Sequence record: SRR20825019_212
Reading direction: 5' to 3' (one strand)
Length of the DNA: 64,000 nucleotides
Translations under genes and position numbers: made by a program
Shown: positions 31,129 through 40,654 of the stretch, piece by piece
Layout: each line of letters begins with the position of its first letter
Numbering within the stretch: the stretch's first letter is position 1
Notes under the pieces: model-generated
Databases searched by the model: none
What the model was told of the DNA's origin: nothing
The model's input: only the letters and a program-made list of their open reading frames with translations

Positions 31129-33237
31129 CTATTGCTCCGTGCAACTGTTATTATTTGAAATATTAACAGAACTAGATAGGGAAACTCCATTGGCTTGAGT
31201 AATACACTGTACATTTAAAGGGGTCTGGGACGTGTAAACAGTTATTGAATTGTTTTCAATATTACTATTGGGTGCATCATCATAAAACAAAATACCATGT
31301 TCACCAATATTAGCATCGATATTATTGTCAGATATATTAATGTTTCTTCCTCCATTAATTTGTATATCACCACTATCGTTATTTGTATAATCGATAGAAT
31401 TGGCACCAATCAGGGAAGGAGGCGCTCCAGTAGATGAATTGCTTTTATTTCCAGAAATAATGTTGTTACTAACCACAAAGTTTGCGCTTGAAGAGCTACT
31501 CCAATCGTTTCCAAGACTCATAGAAAAATTCGCCCCTGGAAGCATATGGACATTATTGCCTTCTATTGCAACATTTTTAACAGTATTTGTAGTCCGAATC
31601 CCTCTACTACTTGCTCTTATTATATTGTTTGAAAGAGTACAATTGGAGGCTCCCATACTTGAGTCCGTTGATCCTGCGCCAAAAGCAACCCCAACTGTTC
31701 CCTCAAGTTCATTATCTCTTGCCACTACTCCGTTACCTGCTATATTTAAGGCCGTTCCTTCGGGATATATAACCCTATTCCCATAAATCTCATTTCCAAA
31801 AACAAAGTCTTCCCTATCATAAGTTTCAGCGCTTCCAGCATTAATACCCGCTCCTGTAATCTCATTATTTCTAATAACAACACCATCTACGGTATGGAAG
31901 GATACACCACAATAGGTCATTTCATTATTCTCAACAATTATAGGTCCATAGCCATGAGACAATAGAAAACCTCCAGCTTTAGTGTTTTCTTTATCTCTTA
32001 AATATTGGACATTATTTCTTATTGTAACATTCCTAACCCTTTGATATTCAGTCAAATTACCTGAACTATCTCTGGAACGATGTGGCTCTATATTCAAATT
32101 ACATGAAGGTGCCATTGAATTAGAATACTGAGTATCAACTCCGCCATCTATAAAAGTACAGCCTTGAACAGTAATGTCGCGTCCATCGGTGATTGTCAAA
32201 TTAATTCTACTGTTCGAATCAAAAACACAATTTTTAATTAAAATATTATTGGAGCCTATGTAATCTGGATCATAAGTAAAACGATTACTTTCTATAGCCA
32301 ACCCGTCTTGTGTCGCATTACTCATATGAACATTCTCAATAACTACGTTAACACCAGTCTTGATTTTCATAGTATGGCTTCGTGGTAAATTGTCCTTTCT
32401 ACCATAAAGGTCTCTATCACCATGTAAATATCCTCCAGAAACCTTAACATTTTCAACACCCTGAATCATTATTAAGAAAGTAGAGTATTCATCAAGTGAA
32501 GGAAATGTTCTCAAGTGTGTATTACTTGTCATTTTTAAATGAAAGTTTGAAGGCATTACGATATTGTAGTTAAAGCCACCCTTTCCATGAAAAAACGCAT
32601 CAAGCTTATCAATTTCAAAAGTATCCCCTTCTAGGGAATGTACTAAATCGACAGCATCCTGTATACCAAAACTGTTGTCCTTGGCCCTTTGAAGGTCAAC
32701 ATCACCCTGAACAATATCCCATCGCTCCGGATAAAACTGAAAAATTGGGTCATCTAATTTAACATCACCTTCAATGGTCAAATCCTTATTGAGCAAGTCA
32801 CCATCAATGGTACCTTGAGCAGAAAAGTTCAACGTTCCGTTTATAATTTCACCTCCTGCAAAAACAAAAGTGACTCCGGAAGGTACCGTTATGGTTTGTC
32901 CTCCCAAGTCCATCCGACAGGCAATTTCCAAGGTTGAGTTGCTTTCAATACCATCCAATGTGTAGTCACATGGTGTATTATCTATTTTAAGTCCCTCTGA
33001 GGAATCAAAATCAGGGCCGTTGTCCGTTTCTCCCAAATCTGGAGTATCTTGGTCATCGGAACCATCGGAATTTCCATCAGAATCTCCATCCGAACCATCA
33101 ACGGTTTCCTCATCAGGGTCTTCCAAACCAACTAGGTCTATAAGGTCTTCATCTTGCGAACAAGAGATAAATGAGGCTTGAATTAGGCAAAGAAAAATTA
33201 CCGAAAAGAAAAGTAATTTTGGGGTGTTCTTTTGCAT
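31129..33237 (-). CDS. Right-handed parallel beta-helix lipoprotein (pectin-lyase-like fold)
   Basis: Lipobox FISC (Cys26) followed by an acidic stretch; many Asn/Ile-rich PbH1-like repeats (NVVIENV, NILIKNC, NVTIRNN, VVIRNNEI). Confidence 0.75.
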   Translation of the reverse strand: MQKNTPKLLFFSVIFLCLIQASFISCSQDEDLIDLVGLEDPDEETVDGSDGDSDGNSDGSDDQDTPDLGETDNGPDFDSSEGLKIDNTPCDYTLDGIESNSTLEIACRMDLGGQTITVPSGVTFVFAGGEIINGTLNFSAQGTIDGDLLNKDLTIEGDVKLDDPIFQFYPERWDIVQGDVDLQRAKDNSFGIQDAVDLVHSLEGDTFEIDKLDAFFHGKGGFNYNIVMPSNFHLKMTSNTHLRTFPSLDEYSTFLIMIQGVENVKVSGGYLHGDRDLYGRKDNLPRSHTMKIKTGVNVVIENVHMSNATQDGLAIESNRFTYDPDYIGSNNILIKNCVFDSNSRINLTITDGRDITVQGCTFIDGGVDTQYSNSMAPSCNLNIEPHRSRDSSGNLTEYQRVRNVTIRNNVQYLRDKENTKAGGFLLSHGYGPIIVENNEMTYCGVSFHTVDGVVIRNNEITGAGINAGSAETYDREDFVFGNEIYGNRVIYPEGTALNIAGNGVVARDNELEGTVGVAFGAGSTDSSMGASNCTLSNNIIRASSRGIRTTNTVKNVAIEGNNVHMLPGANFSMSLGNDWSSSSSANFVVSNNIISGNKSNSSTGAPPSLIGANSIDYTNNDSGDIQINGGRNINISDNNIDANIGEHGILFYDDAPNSNIENNSITVYTSQTPLNVQCITQANGVSLSSSVNISNNNSCTEQ
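33053..33099 (-). repeat. Short degenerate coding tandem repeat (DGS/DGDS/DGNS linker)
   Basis: CATCGGAA-like units encode DGSDGDSDGNSDGSDD. Confidence 0.55.
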
Positions 33238-33282
33238 CTGCTACTTTTTAATTTACAAATTTGTTCTTTTAAGTTCAAAAAA

Positions 33283-33312
33283 CGACAAAATGTGTCTTTT
33301 TTTCGACAAAAT
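33283..33312. promoter_or_regulatory. 9-bp direct repeat CGACAAAAT x2 with 12-bp spacer (LytTR-like geometry)
   Basis: Exact copies at 33283 and 33304, upstream of the beta-helix gene in a divergent intergenic region. Confidence 0.45.
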
Positions 33313-33496
33313 ACACCAGCACTTACGTTCAATACCAAACAATTAGACGTTGAACCTATCGATTTTAACAAAAAAATCGATGAAATGCATCTTTCCTATG
33401 CTTTTTCTAGTTAGCCCTCAAATCCACTTTATCTATAATTTATCACACTAAATCTAAAAGTAATTTTTATTTAACCCTTTTCAACTTATATGGAAT

Positions 33497-33504
33497 TATA
33501 TTTG
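33497..33504 (+). promoter_or_regulatory. Bacteroidota -7 promoter element
   Basis: TATATTTG matches TAnnTTTG, 60 bp upstream of the GT4 gene at 33565. Confidence 0.5.
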
Positions 33505-33564
33505 ACATCCTGAAAAGTCCCCATATTTTTAAATCAAATTGCTACCTAACCCATCACCTATTCC

Positions 33565-34725
33565 ATGAAGCAAAAGTTAATAAGGATAACCACAGTGCCT
33601 ATTTCACTCGGGGGACTGTTGCAGGGACAATCTAAATTTCTGAGTCAGTTCTATGAGGTTGTCGGTATCTCATCGGATAAGGAAAACTTGGAAAAAGTGG
33701 GGGCCAAGGAAGAAATAAGGGTGATTCCCGTAAACCTTACTAGAAAGATAACCCCTATTCAGGATCTTAAGGCATTAATAACTCTTTATAAAATCCTAAG
33801 AAAAGAAAAACCGTTCATTGTCCACTCCCATACACCAAAGGCAGGAACAATCGGCATGATGGCCGCGCGCTTGGCCGGTGTTCCACACAGATTACACACC
33901 ATTGCCGGGCTACCTCTTGTGGAAGCTACCGGACCAAAAAGGGTTTTGCTGAATGCCGTAGAAAAATTGACCTATTACTGCGCAACTAAAGTATATCCAA
34001 ACTCGGTGGGACTACAGGACATCGTACTGGACCACAAGTTCACGGATGCAAAAAAATTAAAGGTGATCGGCCATGGCAGCTCCAATGGTATAGATACCTC
34101 CTATTTTGACCCAAGCTTATATTCCAATGCATCAAAACTTGAGCTTCGCAAAAAACTAAAGCTCGCCGATGATGACTATGTGTTTGTATTTGTCGGCCGA
34201 TTGGTTGGGGACAAAGGAATCAATGAACTTATTGCTGCCTTTAAAAATATTTTGAAGGAGCATACCAATGTACAACTGTTGCTGGTGGGGAATCCTGAAG
34301 AAGAGCTTGACCCAATGTTGCCCGAAACAGAGGAGTTCATCTTCAAGTCCGATAAAGTAATTGCCACGGGATGGGCAGATGATGTGCGCCCTTATTTTGC
34401 CATCAGTGATTGTTTGACGTTTCCCAGTTATCGTGAGGGCTTTCCCAATGTGGTAATGCAATCTGGGGCAATGGGGCTTTACAGTATTGTAAGCGATATC
34501 AATGGTTGTAATGAGATTGTAGAAGAGGGAGTCAACGGAACCATCATACCGACTAAAAATACCGAGGCGCTCTTCAACGCTATGAAACACGTGTTGGAGA
34601 ACAAAGAGAAGTTTGCCGCAGAAAAAGATGTTTACCGGGAGATGATCAAGAAGAGATATGAAAGGTCCTTTATTTGGAACGAACTCTTAAAAGAATATCA
34701 AGAGCTGGAAGGCACCAAAGATTGA
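33565..34725 (+). CDS. Glycosyltransferase family 4 (CapM-like)
   Basis: HSHTPKAG, GSSNGID, FVGRLVGDKG, PSYREGFPNV. Confidence 0.9.
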   Translation: MKQKLIRITTVPISLGGLLQGQSKFLSQFYEVVGISSDKENLEKVGAKEEIRVIPVNLTRKITPIQDLKALITLYKILRKEKPFIVHSHTPKAGTIGMMAARLAGVPHRLHTIAGLPLVEATGPKRVLLNAVEKLTYYCATKVYPNSVGLQDIVLDHKFTDAKKLKVIGHGSSNGIDTSYFDPSLYSNASKLELRKKLKLADDDYVFVFVGRLVGDKGINELIAAFKNILKEHTNVQLLLVGNPEEELDPMLPETEEFIFKSDKVIATGWADDVRPYFAISDCLTFPSYREGFPNVVMQSGAMGLYSIVSDINGCNEIVEEGVNGTIIPTKNTEALFNAMKHVLENKEKFAAEKDVYREMIKKRYERSFIWNELLKEYQELEGTKD

Positions 34726-34972
34726 TTCAAAACATACAGTTTACCCAAAGCTACATTTCAATATCTGAAGGATTCTTTAAAGTTCAATACTAAATGGAAT
34801 TGAAGCCAAACCCTTGTTTTAATCTAGAACTTTTACAATTCGTCTAAAATATCATTTCCTTAAACCATTAATCAATGCATTTTGCCAATGTTGCCCTAAT
34901 TTTAAAGTGTCTTAGTGCTTTTTGTTTGTACTAAATAGAATATTATCCCTAAATCCCTGTTTAACCTCATAT

Positions 34973-35575
34973 ATGTACAATGTTTTTATAAAACCGATTA
35001 TAGATTTTCTCATTGCATTAGTTCTACTTGTGCTCCTGTCGCCATTATTGTTGGTCCTGATACTTTTACTATTGGTCGTTAACCATGGTAAACCGTTCTT
35101 TTTACAGCCACGTCCCGGAAAAGATGGAAAAATTTTCAGAATCATTAAATTCAAGACCATGCGCGATTTTAAACCTGGCTCATCAATCGATATCCATAGC
35201 CCCAAGCGAGTAACACCTATAGGTGGATTCGTTCGCAAATACTCTCTGGACGAGCTCCTGCAATTGGTAAACGTGCTTAAAGGCGATATGTCCCTCGTAG
35301 GCCCAAGACCTTTATTGGTAGAATACCTGCCGCTTTATAATGAAGAACAGAGCAAACGACACAATGTAAGACCTGGAATAACAGGGTGGGCCCAAGTAAA
35401 TGGCAGAAATACAATCGATTGGAATCAAAAATTCAAGTTGGACGTTTGGTATGTCGAAAACATTTCTGCAATGTTGGACTTGAAGATTATCTATAAAACA
35501 TTTATAAAAGTGATCAAGAAAAGTGACATCAATCAAAATGAAAACAAAACAATGCCCCAATGGGCCGGTAATTGA
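34973..35575 (+). CDS. Initiating phosphoglycosyl transferase (PglC-like, Bac_transf)
   Basis: KFKTM, SLDELLQL, GDMSLVGPRP, RPGITGWAQVNGRN; start set at ATG 34973. Confidence 0.9.
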   Translation: MYNVFIKPIIDFLIALVLLVLLSPLLLVLILLLLVVNHGKPFFLQPRPGKDGKIFRIIKFKTMRDFKPGSSIDIHSPKRVTPIGGFVRKYSLDELLQLVNVLKGDMSLVGPRPLLVEYLPLYNEEQSKRHNVRPGITGWAQVNGRNTIDWNQKFKLDVWYVENISAMLDLKIIYKTFIKVIKKSDINQNENKTMPQWAGN

Positions 35576-35614
35576 CCGATCTATATAAATTAATTTCCCT
35601 GAACACTATATAAC

Positions 35615-36256
35615 ATGAAAAAAGTAAGAATCTATGGAGCAGGCGGACACTCTCAGGTTATTCGAAAAGTTCTCGAATTAAACGACATCGTCGTTACAGA
35701 CACTTATGATGACAAGCCGTCAACGGTTCACAGTGCTTATCAAAATACAAATATTGAAAGTGGGGCGAGGGATGGAAAGGATGCATTCCCCCACGAAGGA
35801 GATCCGGTGATCATAGCTGTTGGCAATAATTTACAACGAGCGGAAATTGCTGAATTTTTGAAAAGTACATTTGAGAAAGCTATTCATCCATCATCAATAA
35901 TTGCCGAAAGCGCAATAGTTGGAGAAGGAACAGTTGTTTTTGCCGGCGCAATCATACAACCGAACACTACGGTAGGCAAACATGTCATCGTAAATACGGC
36001 AGCAAGTATAGATCACGATAATAGTATTGGTGACTATGCCCATATTTCTCCAAAAGCTGCACTTTGCGGACATGTGGAGGTTGGTGAAGGTTCGCATGTA
36101 GGAGTAGGTGCAGTTGTGATACCAAAAATAAAAATAGGAAAGTGGTGTACCATAGGAGCAGGAACAGTTGTCATTAAAGATGTGCCGGATTATGCAACCG
36201 TGGTGGGCAACCCTGGTAGGATAATTAAAATCAATAACCCATTTGCATCGCAATAG
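35615..36256 (+). CDS. PglD/NeuD-family sugar N-acetyltransferase, copy 1
   Basis: YGAGGH, IAVGNN..R, IHPS, NTAASIDHD, hexapeptide repeats. Confidence 0.88.
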   Translation: MKKVRIYGAGGHSQVIRKVLELNDIVVTDTYDDKPSTVHSAYQNTNIESGARDGKDAFPHEGDPVIIAVGNNLQRAEIAEFLKSTFEKAIHPSSIIAESAIVGEGTVVFAGAIIQPNTTVGKHVIVNTAASIDHDNSIGDYAHISPKAALCGHVEVGEGSHVGVGAVVIPKIKIGKWCTIGAGTVVIKDVPDYATVVGNPGRIIKINNPFASQ

Positions 36257-36283
36257 TTTAATGGCAGTTGACATTTAAATGTA

Positions 36284-36937
36284 GTGAAAAGTCAAGTTAA
36301 ACATATAAGGTTATATGGTGCAGGGGGGCATTCCGGCGTTATTAAGGATGTAGCCCAACTTTTAGGGTACAATATCGTTGATGTTTTTGATGATCATCCA
36401 TCCGATAGTGTGCATTGGGATTCCGATGCAGTGAAGATTGGCCTTACATTTTCTAACGACTTTCCGCATGAGGGACCACCTTTCATCATTGCAATTGGTG
36501 ATAATAAAACAAGGGCGGAACTGTCCCATAAAATAAAAGCTGTTTTTAAAACATTGATACATCCATCTGCGGTCATAAGCAAAGAGAGCAGTATTGGTGA
36601 AGGAACAGTAGTATATGCCGGAGTGGTAATTCAACCCAATACAACCATTGGAAAACATGTAATAGTAAATACTTCGGCAAGTATTGATCACGACAATTAC
36701 ATAGCTGATTTTGTACACGTAGCTCCCAAAGCTGCACTTACAGGCCATGTTGAGGTAGGAGAAGGTTCGTTCATAGGAGCCGGTGCCGTGGTCATACCAA
36801 AAATAAAAATCGGTAAATGGTGCACAATAGGTGCCGGAAGTGTCGTTATAAAGGATGTCCCGGACAATGCGGTCGTTGTAGGAAATCCTGCGAAAATTAT
36901 CAGATATCAAAATTTAAACGAAAGTAATGGAAAATAA
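36284..36937 (+). CDS. PglD/NeuD-family sugar N-acetyltransferase, copy 2
   Basis: YGAGGH, IAIGDN..R, NTSASIDHD; GTG start; close paralog of copy 1. Confidence 0.87.
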   Translation: MKSQVKHIRLYGAGGHSGVIKDVAQLLGYNIVDVFDDHPSDSVHWDSDAVKIGLTFSNDFPHEGPPFIIAIGDNKTRAELSHKIKAVFKTLIHPSAVISKESSIGEGTVVYAGVVIQPNTTIGKHVIVNTSASIDHDNYIADFVHVAPKAALTGHVEVGEGSFIGAGAVVIPKIKIGKWCTIGAGSVVIKDVPDNAVVVGNPAKIIRYQNLNESNGK

Positions 36938-39539
36938 AATTCCTTTCAATCTTGCATTCATTGGTTCGGGAATTTCGTCAACTTTCACCTTGTATCATAC
37001 CCTCAAGAAACTGGAGAAAAAAGAACATGGTGATACAATTCGAATTGCCGTTGTGGAAAAGTTTGAAACCTTCCATAGTGGAATTCCCTATGGTGAAAGG
37101 TCGGGAAGTACAACCTTACTGATCACCTCACTCAAAAACTTTTTGCCGGAACCCGAATTGTCAGAGTTTATAGAATGGCTCAACAAAAACAAACAACAGC
37201 TTTTGAATGAGCTTAAGGAACAAGGAGGACCATTGTCGCTGGAATGGATACAAAAACACCATCATGAACTAGAGAACAACCAATGGGAAGACCTCTTTAT
37301 CCCAAGAAGGTTCTTTGGTTATTACATGGACGAAAAAATAGGGACGGTTGTACAGGCCCTAGAAAAGCAAAAAGGAGTCTCAGTTTCATATATCAGAGGT
37401 AAGGTAATCGACTTGGCACAAAATGAAGGAGCATGGGAAATCCATTTTAAGGAGCAATCTCCCATTTTTGCAGAAAAGGCCATCTTGGCCATTGGTTCTT
37501 TGCCTTCCAATTACTTGTGGAAAAGAAAGAAACGATTTAAAAAAGACAACTTTCTCTTGATCAACGACCCTTACAAACCAAGGTTGTCGGAAACCATTGA
37601 AAGTATCAGGGACTTCGCTTTTCAATCCAAAGAGGCCATTAATGTTTCCATTATAGGAGCCAATGCCAGTGGTCTAGAGATGCTTTACCAACTCAACGAC
37701 CATCCAGACATCAAGGAAAGGATCAATCATTTTTACATGATATCCACTCAAGGACTCCTACCCGATTCAAAAATAGACCATACTAAGCTAAAGCAGTTTA
37801 AAACAGTCCATTTAGATGGTTTAAATGAAATAGAATACTTAAAGGCATCAGAAATTGCCGAAGCCGTATATCAAGATCTAGATTTAGCGGACAATATACA
37901 ATTGGGTGCTTCCAGTACCGTTGGTATTGTATCCCAAAAATTCGGGGCGCTCCTGGAAAAGCTCGACCGGGATGAGTTGGAAAGATTCGCCTGTCATTAT
38001 GGAAACCAGATAGGCAGAAGACAGCGCTGTGCAGGGGAACATTATGCCAACGTGGCAAGGATTCTAAAAAAGAAAAAACAGTTTACCCACATTGCCGGTA
38101 GATTCTCGGATATAATTCCAAACCCTTCTGGATATGAGCTTGCATATACGGACAAGGACAATTTGCATCAAACTGTTGGGGAACCAATACATATTGTTAT
38201 CAATTGTATTAGTGGAATTACGTTTTCGCATCCCAATATTCCAAAATTGATCGCTAGTCTGATTTCCAAAAATATGATTCAGGCAAATGAATCCGAGATA
38301 GGTATACGGGTGAACAACGAGTTTGAGGCCGCTGAGAACCTTCATGTCATAGGCCCTTTATTGGCCGGCAACATTATTGGCGGCAAAGCAGTATGGCATG
38401 TCGAGCATTGCGGAAGAATCATTGCCTTTTCGAAAATGCTCTCAGATTTTTTAGTGGATGATTCCCCATATGATTTTGATCTCGACATCATTAAGTTGGA
38501 CCAGCAAGAAGGCATAGACTCCTACAAGCATCTGATAAAAACAGAATGGAACAACAATCCATATTATTTATACGAGTACTTGTCCCATCACAAATCGGAT
38601 AATAACAAAATCATAGCGTTCAACTTTAAGGTAAACGGTGCATCAACCATAGTAATGCCTATGATATTGCGAGAAATTGAAGTTTCAAAAGAACCATTTT
38701 ATGATATTATTTCACCTTATGGCTACAATGGGCCACTCTATGAAGAGGGGGTAAATGAGCAAATAATTAAAAAGTTTTGGGAGCTTGTTGATGAATGGTA
38801 CACTAAAAACAATGTGGTTTCAGAGTTCGTTCGGTTTCATTTAAATGGGAACCATCAAAATTACACGGGTGAAACGGTATCAACATTGAACAATGTCTTT
38901 GGTCCATTGATGAACAATTTTGAAGAACAATGGGATTCCTTTGTTTCCAAAGTAAGAAACAACTATCGTAAGGCAGAAAAGGAAGACCTTACCATAAAAT
39001 TTCATGAAGGAACAGCTATTGAAGACCATCATATAGCTACATTTTACAACATTTATGTAAGTACGATGAAAAGGAACGGAGCTTCCAAGATGCTGTACTT
39101 TTCTTTGGAACATTTTGAAAACATGATTCTTAAAAATAAGGAAAATTTCACCATAGTGCTTGTATATAAGGATGATGTTGCCATATCCACAGAACTTATC
39201 ATCCACCTCAACGATTGTATGTATGCATATCTGGGTGGCACACTGTCGGATTACTTCAATTGTCGTCCAAATGACTACTTGCGGGTAGAGGTCATCCGCT
39301 GGGGCATTGAAAAAGGAAAGAGCCATTATATTCTTGGAGGGGGAATCACCAATGGCGACGGACTGTACAAATTCAAGAAATCCCTGTTTCCAAATTCCAC
39401 TGACCGTATTTTTTATACAGGACGAAAAATCATAAACAAAACTAAATACGATGAACTTTGTGAGTTGGTCTGTGGACCTGTGAACGAAAAAGAGACAGGG
39501 TCCTTTTTTCCACTTTACCGGATGAATCCTTCATCATAG
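36927..39539 (+). CDS. Fusion of an FAD/NAD(P)-binding oxidoreductase-like domain and a FemAB/GNAT-like domain
   Basis: N-terminal part has FIGSGIS, GIPYG, FIPRRFFG, LAIG, IIGANASG; C-terminal ~355 aa have SPYGYNGP, RNNYRKA, LGGG..GLYKFK, FFPLYR. Confidence 0.7.
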   Translation: MENKIPFNLAFIGSGISSTFTLYHTLKKLEKKEHGDTIRIAVVEKFETFHSGIPYGERSGSTTLLITSLKNFLPEPELSEFIEWLNKNKQQLLNELKEQGGPLSLEWIQKHHHELENNQWEDLFIPRRFFGYYMDEKIGTVVQALEKQKGVSVSYIRGKVIDLAQNEGAWEIHFKEQSPIFAEKAILAIGSLPSNYLWKRKKRFKKDNFLLINDPYKPRLSETIESIRDFAFQSKEAINVSIIGANASGLEMLYQLNDHPDIKERINHFYMISTQGLLPDSKIDHTKLKQFKTVHLDGLNEIEYLKASEIAEAVYQDLDLADNIQLGASSTVGIVSQKFGALLEKLDRDELERFACHYGNQIGRRQRCAGEHYANVARILKKKKQFTHIAGRFSDIIPNPSGYELAYTDKDNLHQTVGEPIHIVINCISGITFSHPNIPKLIASLISKNMIQANESEIGIRVNNEFEAAENLHVIGPLLAGNIIGGKAVWHVEHCGRIIAFSKMLSDFLVDDSPYDFDLDIIKLDQQEGIDSYKHLIKTEWNNNPYYLYEYLSHHKSDNNKIIAFNFKVNGASTIVMPMILREIEVSKEPFYDIISPYGYNGPLYEEGVNEQIIKKFWELVDEWYTKNNVVSEFVRFHLNGNHQNYTGETVSTLNNVFGPLMNNFEEQWDSFVSKVRNNYRKAEKEDLTIKFHEGTAIEDHHIATFYNIYVSTMKRNGASKMLYFSLEHFENMILKNKENFTIVLVYKDDVAISTELIIHLNDCMYAYLGGTLSDYFNCRPNDYLRVEVIRWGIEKGKSHYILGGGITNGDGLYKFKKSLFPNSTDRIFYTGRKIINKTKYDELCELVCGPVNEKETGSFFPLYRMNPSS

Positions 39540-39558
39540 AGATGAACCAAACTATTGT

Positions 39559-40611
39559 ATGTTTAAAGTTATTACAGAGGAAAATGAATGGAACAGGGCA
39601 ATAAGTTCTTTTGAAAAAAAGGACTTTTACCACTCCTATGATTACCACCAGGTCTGCATAAAGGACAATGAAGTGGCAAAGCTTCTTGTGTACAGTTCTG
39701 GTGATACGTCCATTGCATTCCCTTTAGTGATAAGGCCCATCAATGGTAGTGGTTTTTTTGACGCTACATCGGTATATGGATATGCTGGGCCATTGATATC
39801 CAACCTCTCCTCCCACTTCGATTTTCAAGATTGGAAAGAACAAATGCTCGGGTATTTCTTGGATGATAAGATCATCAGCATTTTTTCAAGTACAAACCCT
39901 TTTATCGATGATCAAGAACAGCTTCTTTCCCACATGGGAGAAATCGAGTCCCTTGGCGATATTGTATATTTTGACCTAAAGGAATCCACCGAACATCAAA
40001 AACAATACTCAAAGACTACAAAAAGATACCTCAACCGCAATAAAAGGCTTTTCAATATTAGAGAGGGAAACTCTGAAGATGATGCGCGTCAGTTTTTGGA
40101 AATATATTATCAAAGTATGGAACGCGTAGGAGCCAGTAGCCAGTACTATTTTAAACTTCCCTACTTCATCAAACTTTTACAGAACAACAGTTTTTTTGAT
40201 GCCAGCATTGTATTTGCAACTTCCAAAAAAAACGGAGATGTCGCCTCTGGTGCTTTTATCATCCGTACCAAAGACCACATCGTTCAATATCATTTGTCCG
40301 GGACGGTAGATGCTTACAGGCACCTGTCCCCTATCCGCTGGGTTATTGACCATGTAAGGTGCCAAGGTAAGTTGGACAGTTATAACTTTTTTAACCTTGG
40401 CGGAGGTGTTGGAAGCAAAAATGATTCTTTATATGATTTTAAGGCATCCTTCTCCAAAAAGACAGCTCCTTTCAAGGTCTGGAAATATATTTCCAATATC
40501 GAGGTTTACGACCAACTGTGCACAATTGCACGAGAAAAGGAAGGGAAAGAAAATTCAAATACCAACTACTTTCCAGCTTACCGAACCAATTCCTATTTTG
40601 ATACTCCCTAA
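39559..40611 (+). CDS. FemAB/GNAT-like (amino)acyltransferase
   Basis: SVYGYAGP, YHLSGT, NLGGGVG...LYDFKASF, YFPAYR; paralog of the fusion's C-terminal domain. Confidence 0.75.
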   Translation: MFKVITEENEWNRAISSFEKKDFYHSYDYHQVCIKDNEVAKLLVYSSGDTSIAFPLVIRPINGSGFFDATSVYGYAGPLISNLSSHFDFQDWKEQMLGYFLDDKIISIFSSTNPFIDDQEQLLSHMGEIESLGDIVYFDLKESTEHQKQYSKTTKRYLNRNKRLFNIREGNSEDDARQFLEIYYQSMERVGASSQYYFKLPYFIKLLQNNSFFDASIVFATSKKNGDVASGAFIIRTKDHIVQYHLSGTVDAYRHLSPIRWVIDHVRCQGKLDSYNFFNLGGGVGSKNDSLYDFKASFSKKTAPFKVWKYISNIEVYDQLCTIAREKEGKENSNTNYFPAYRTNSYFDTP

Positions 40612-40654
40612 TCTCTAATACTTCCTAGAATCAAATTGGAGAATAGTTACTTTT

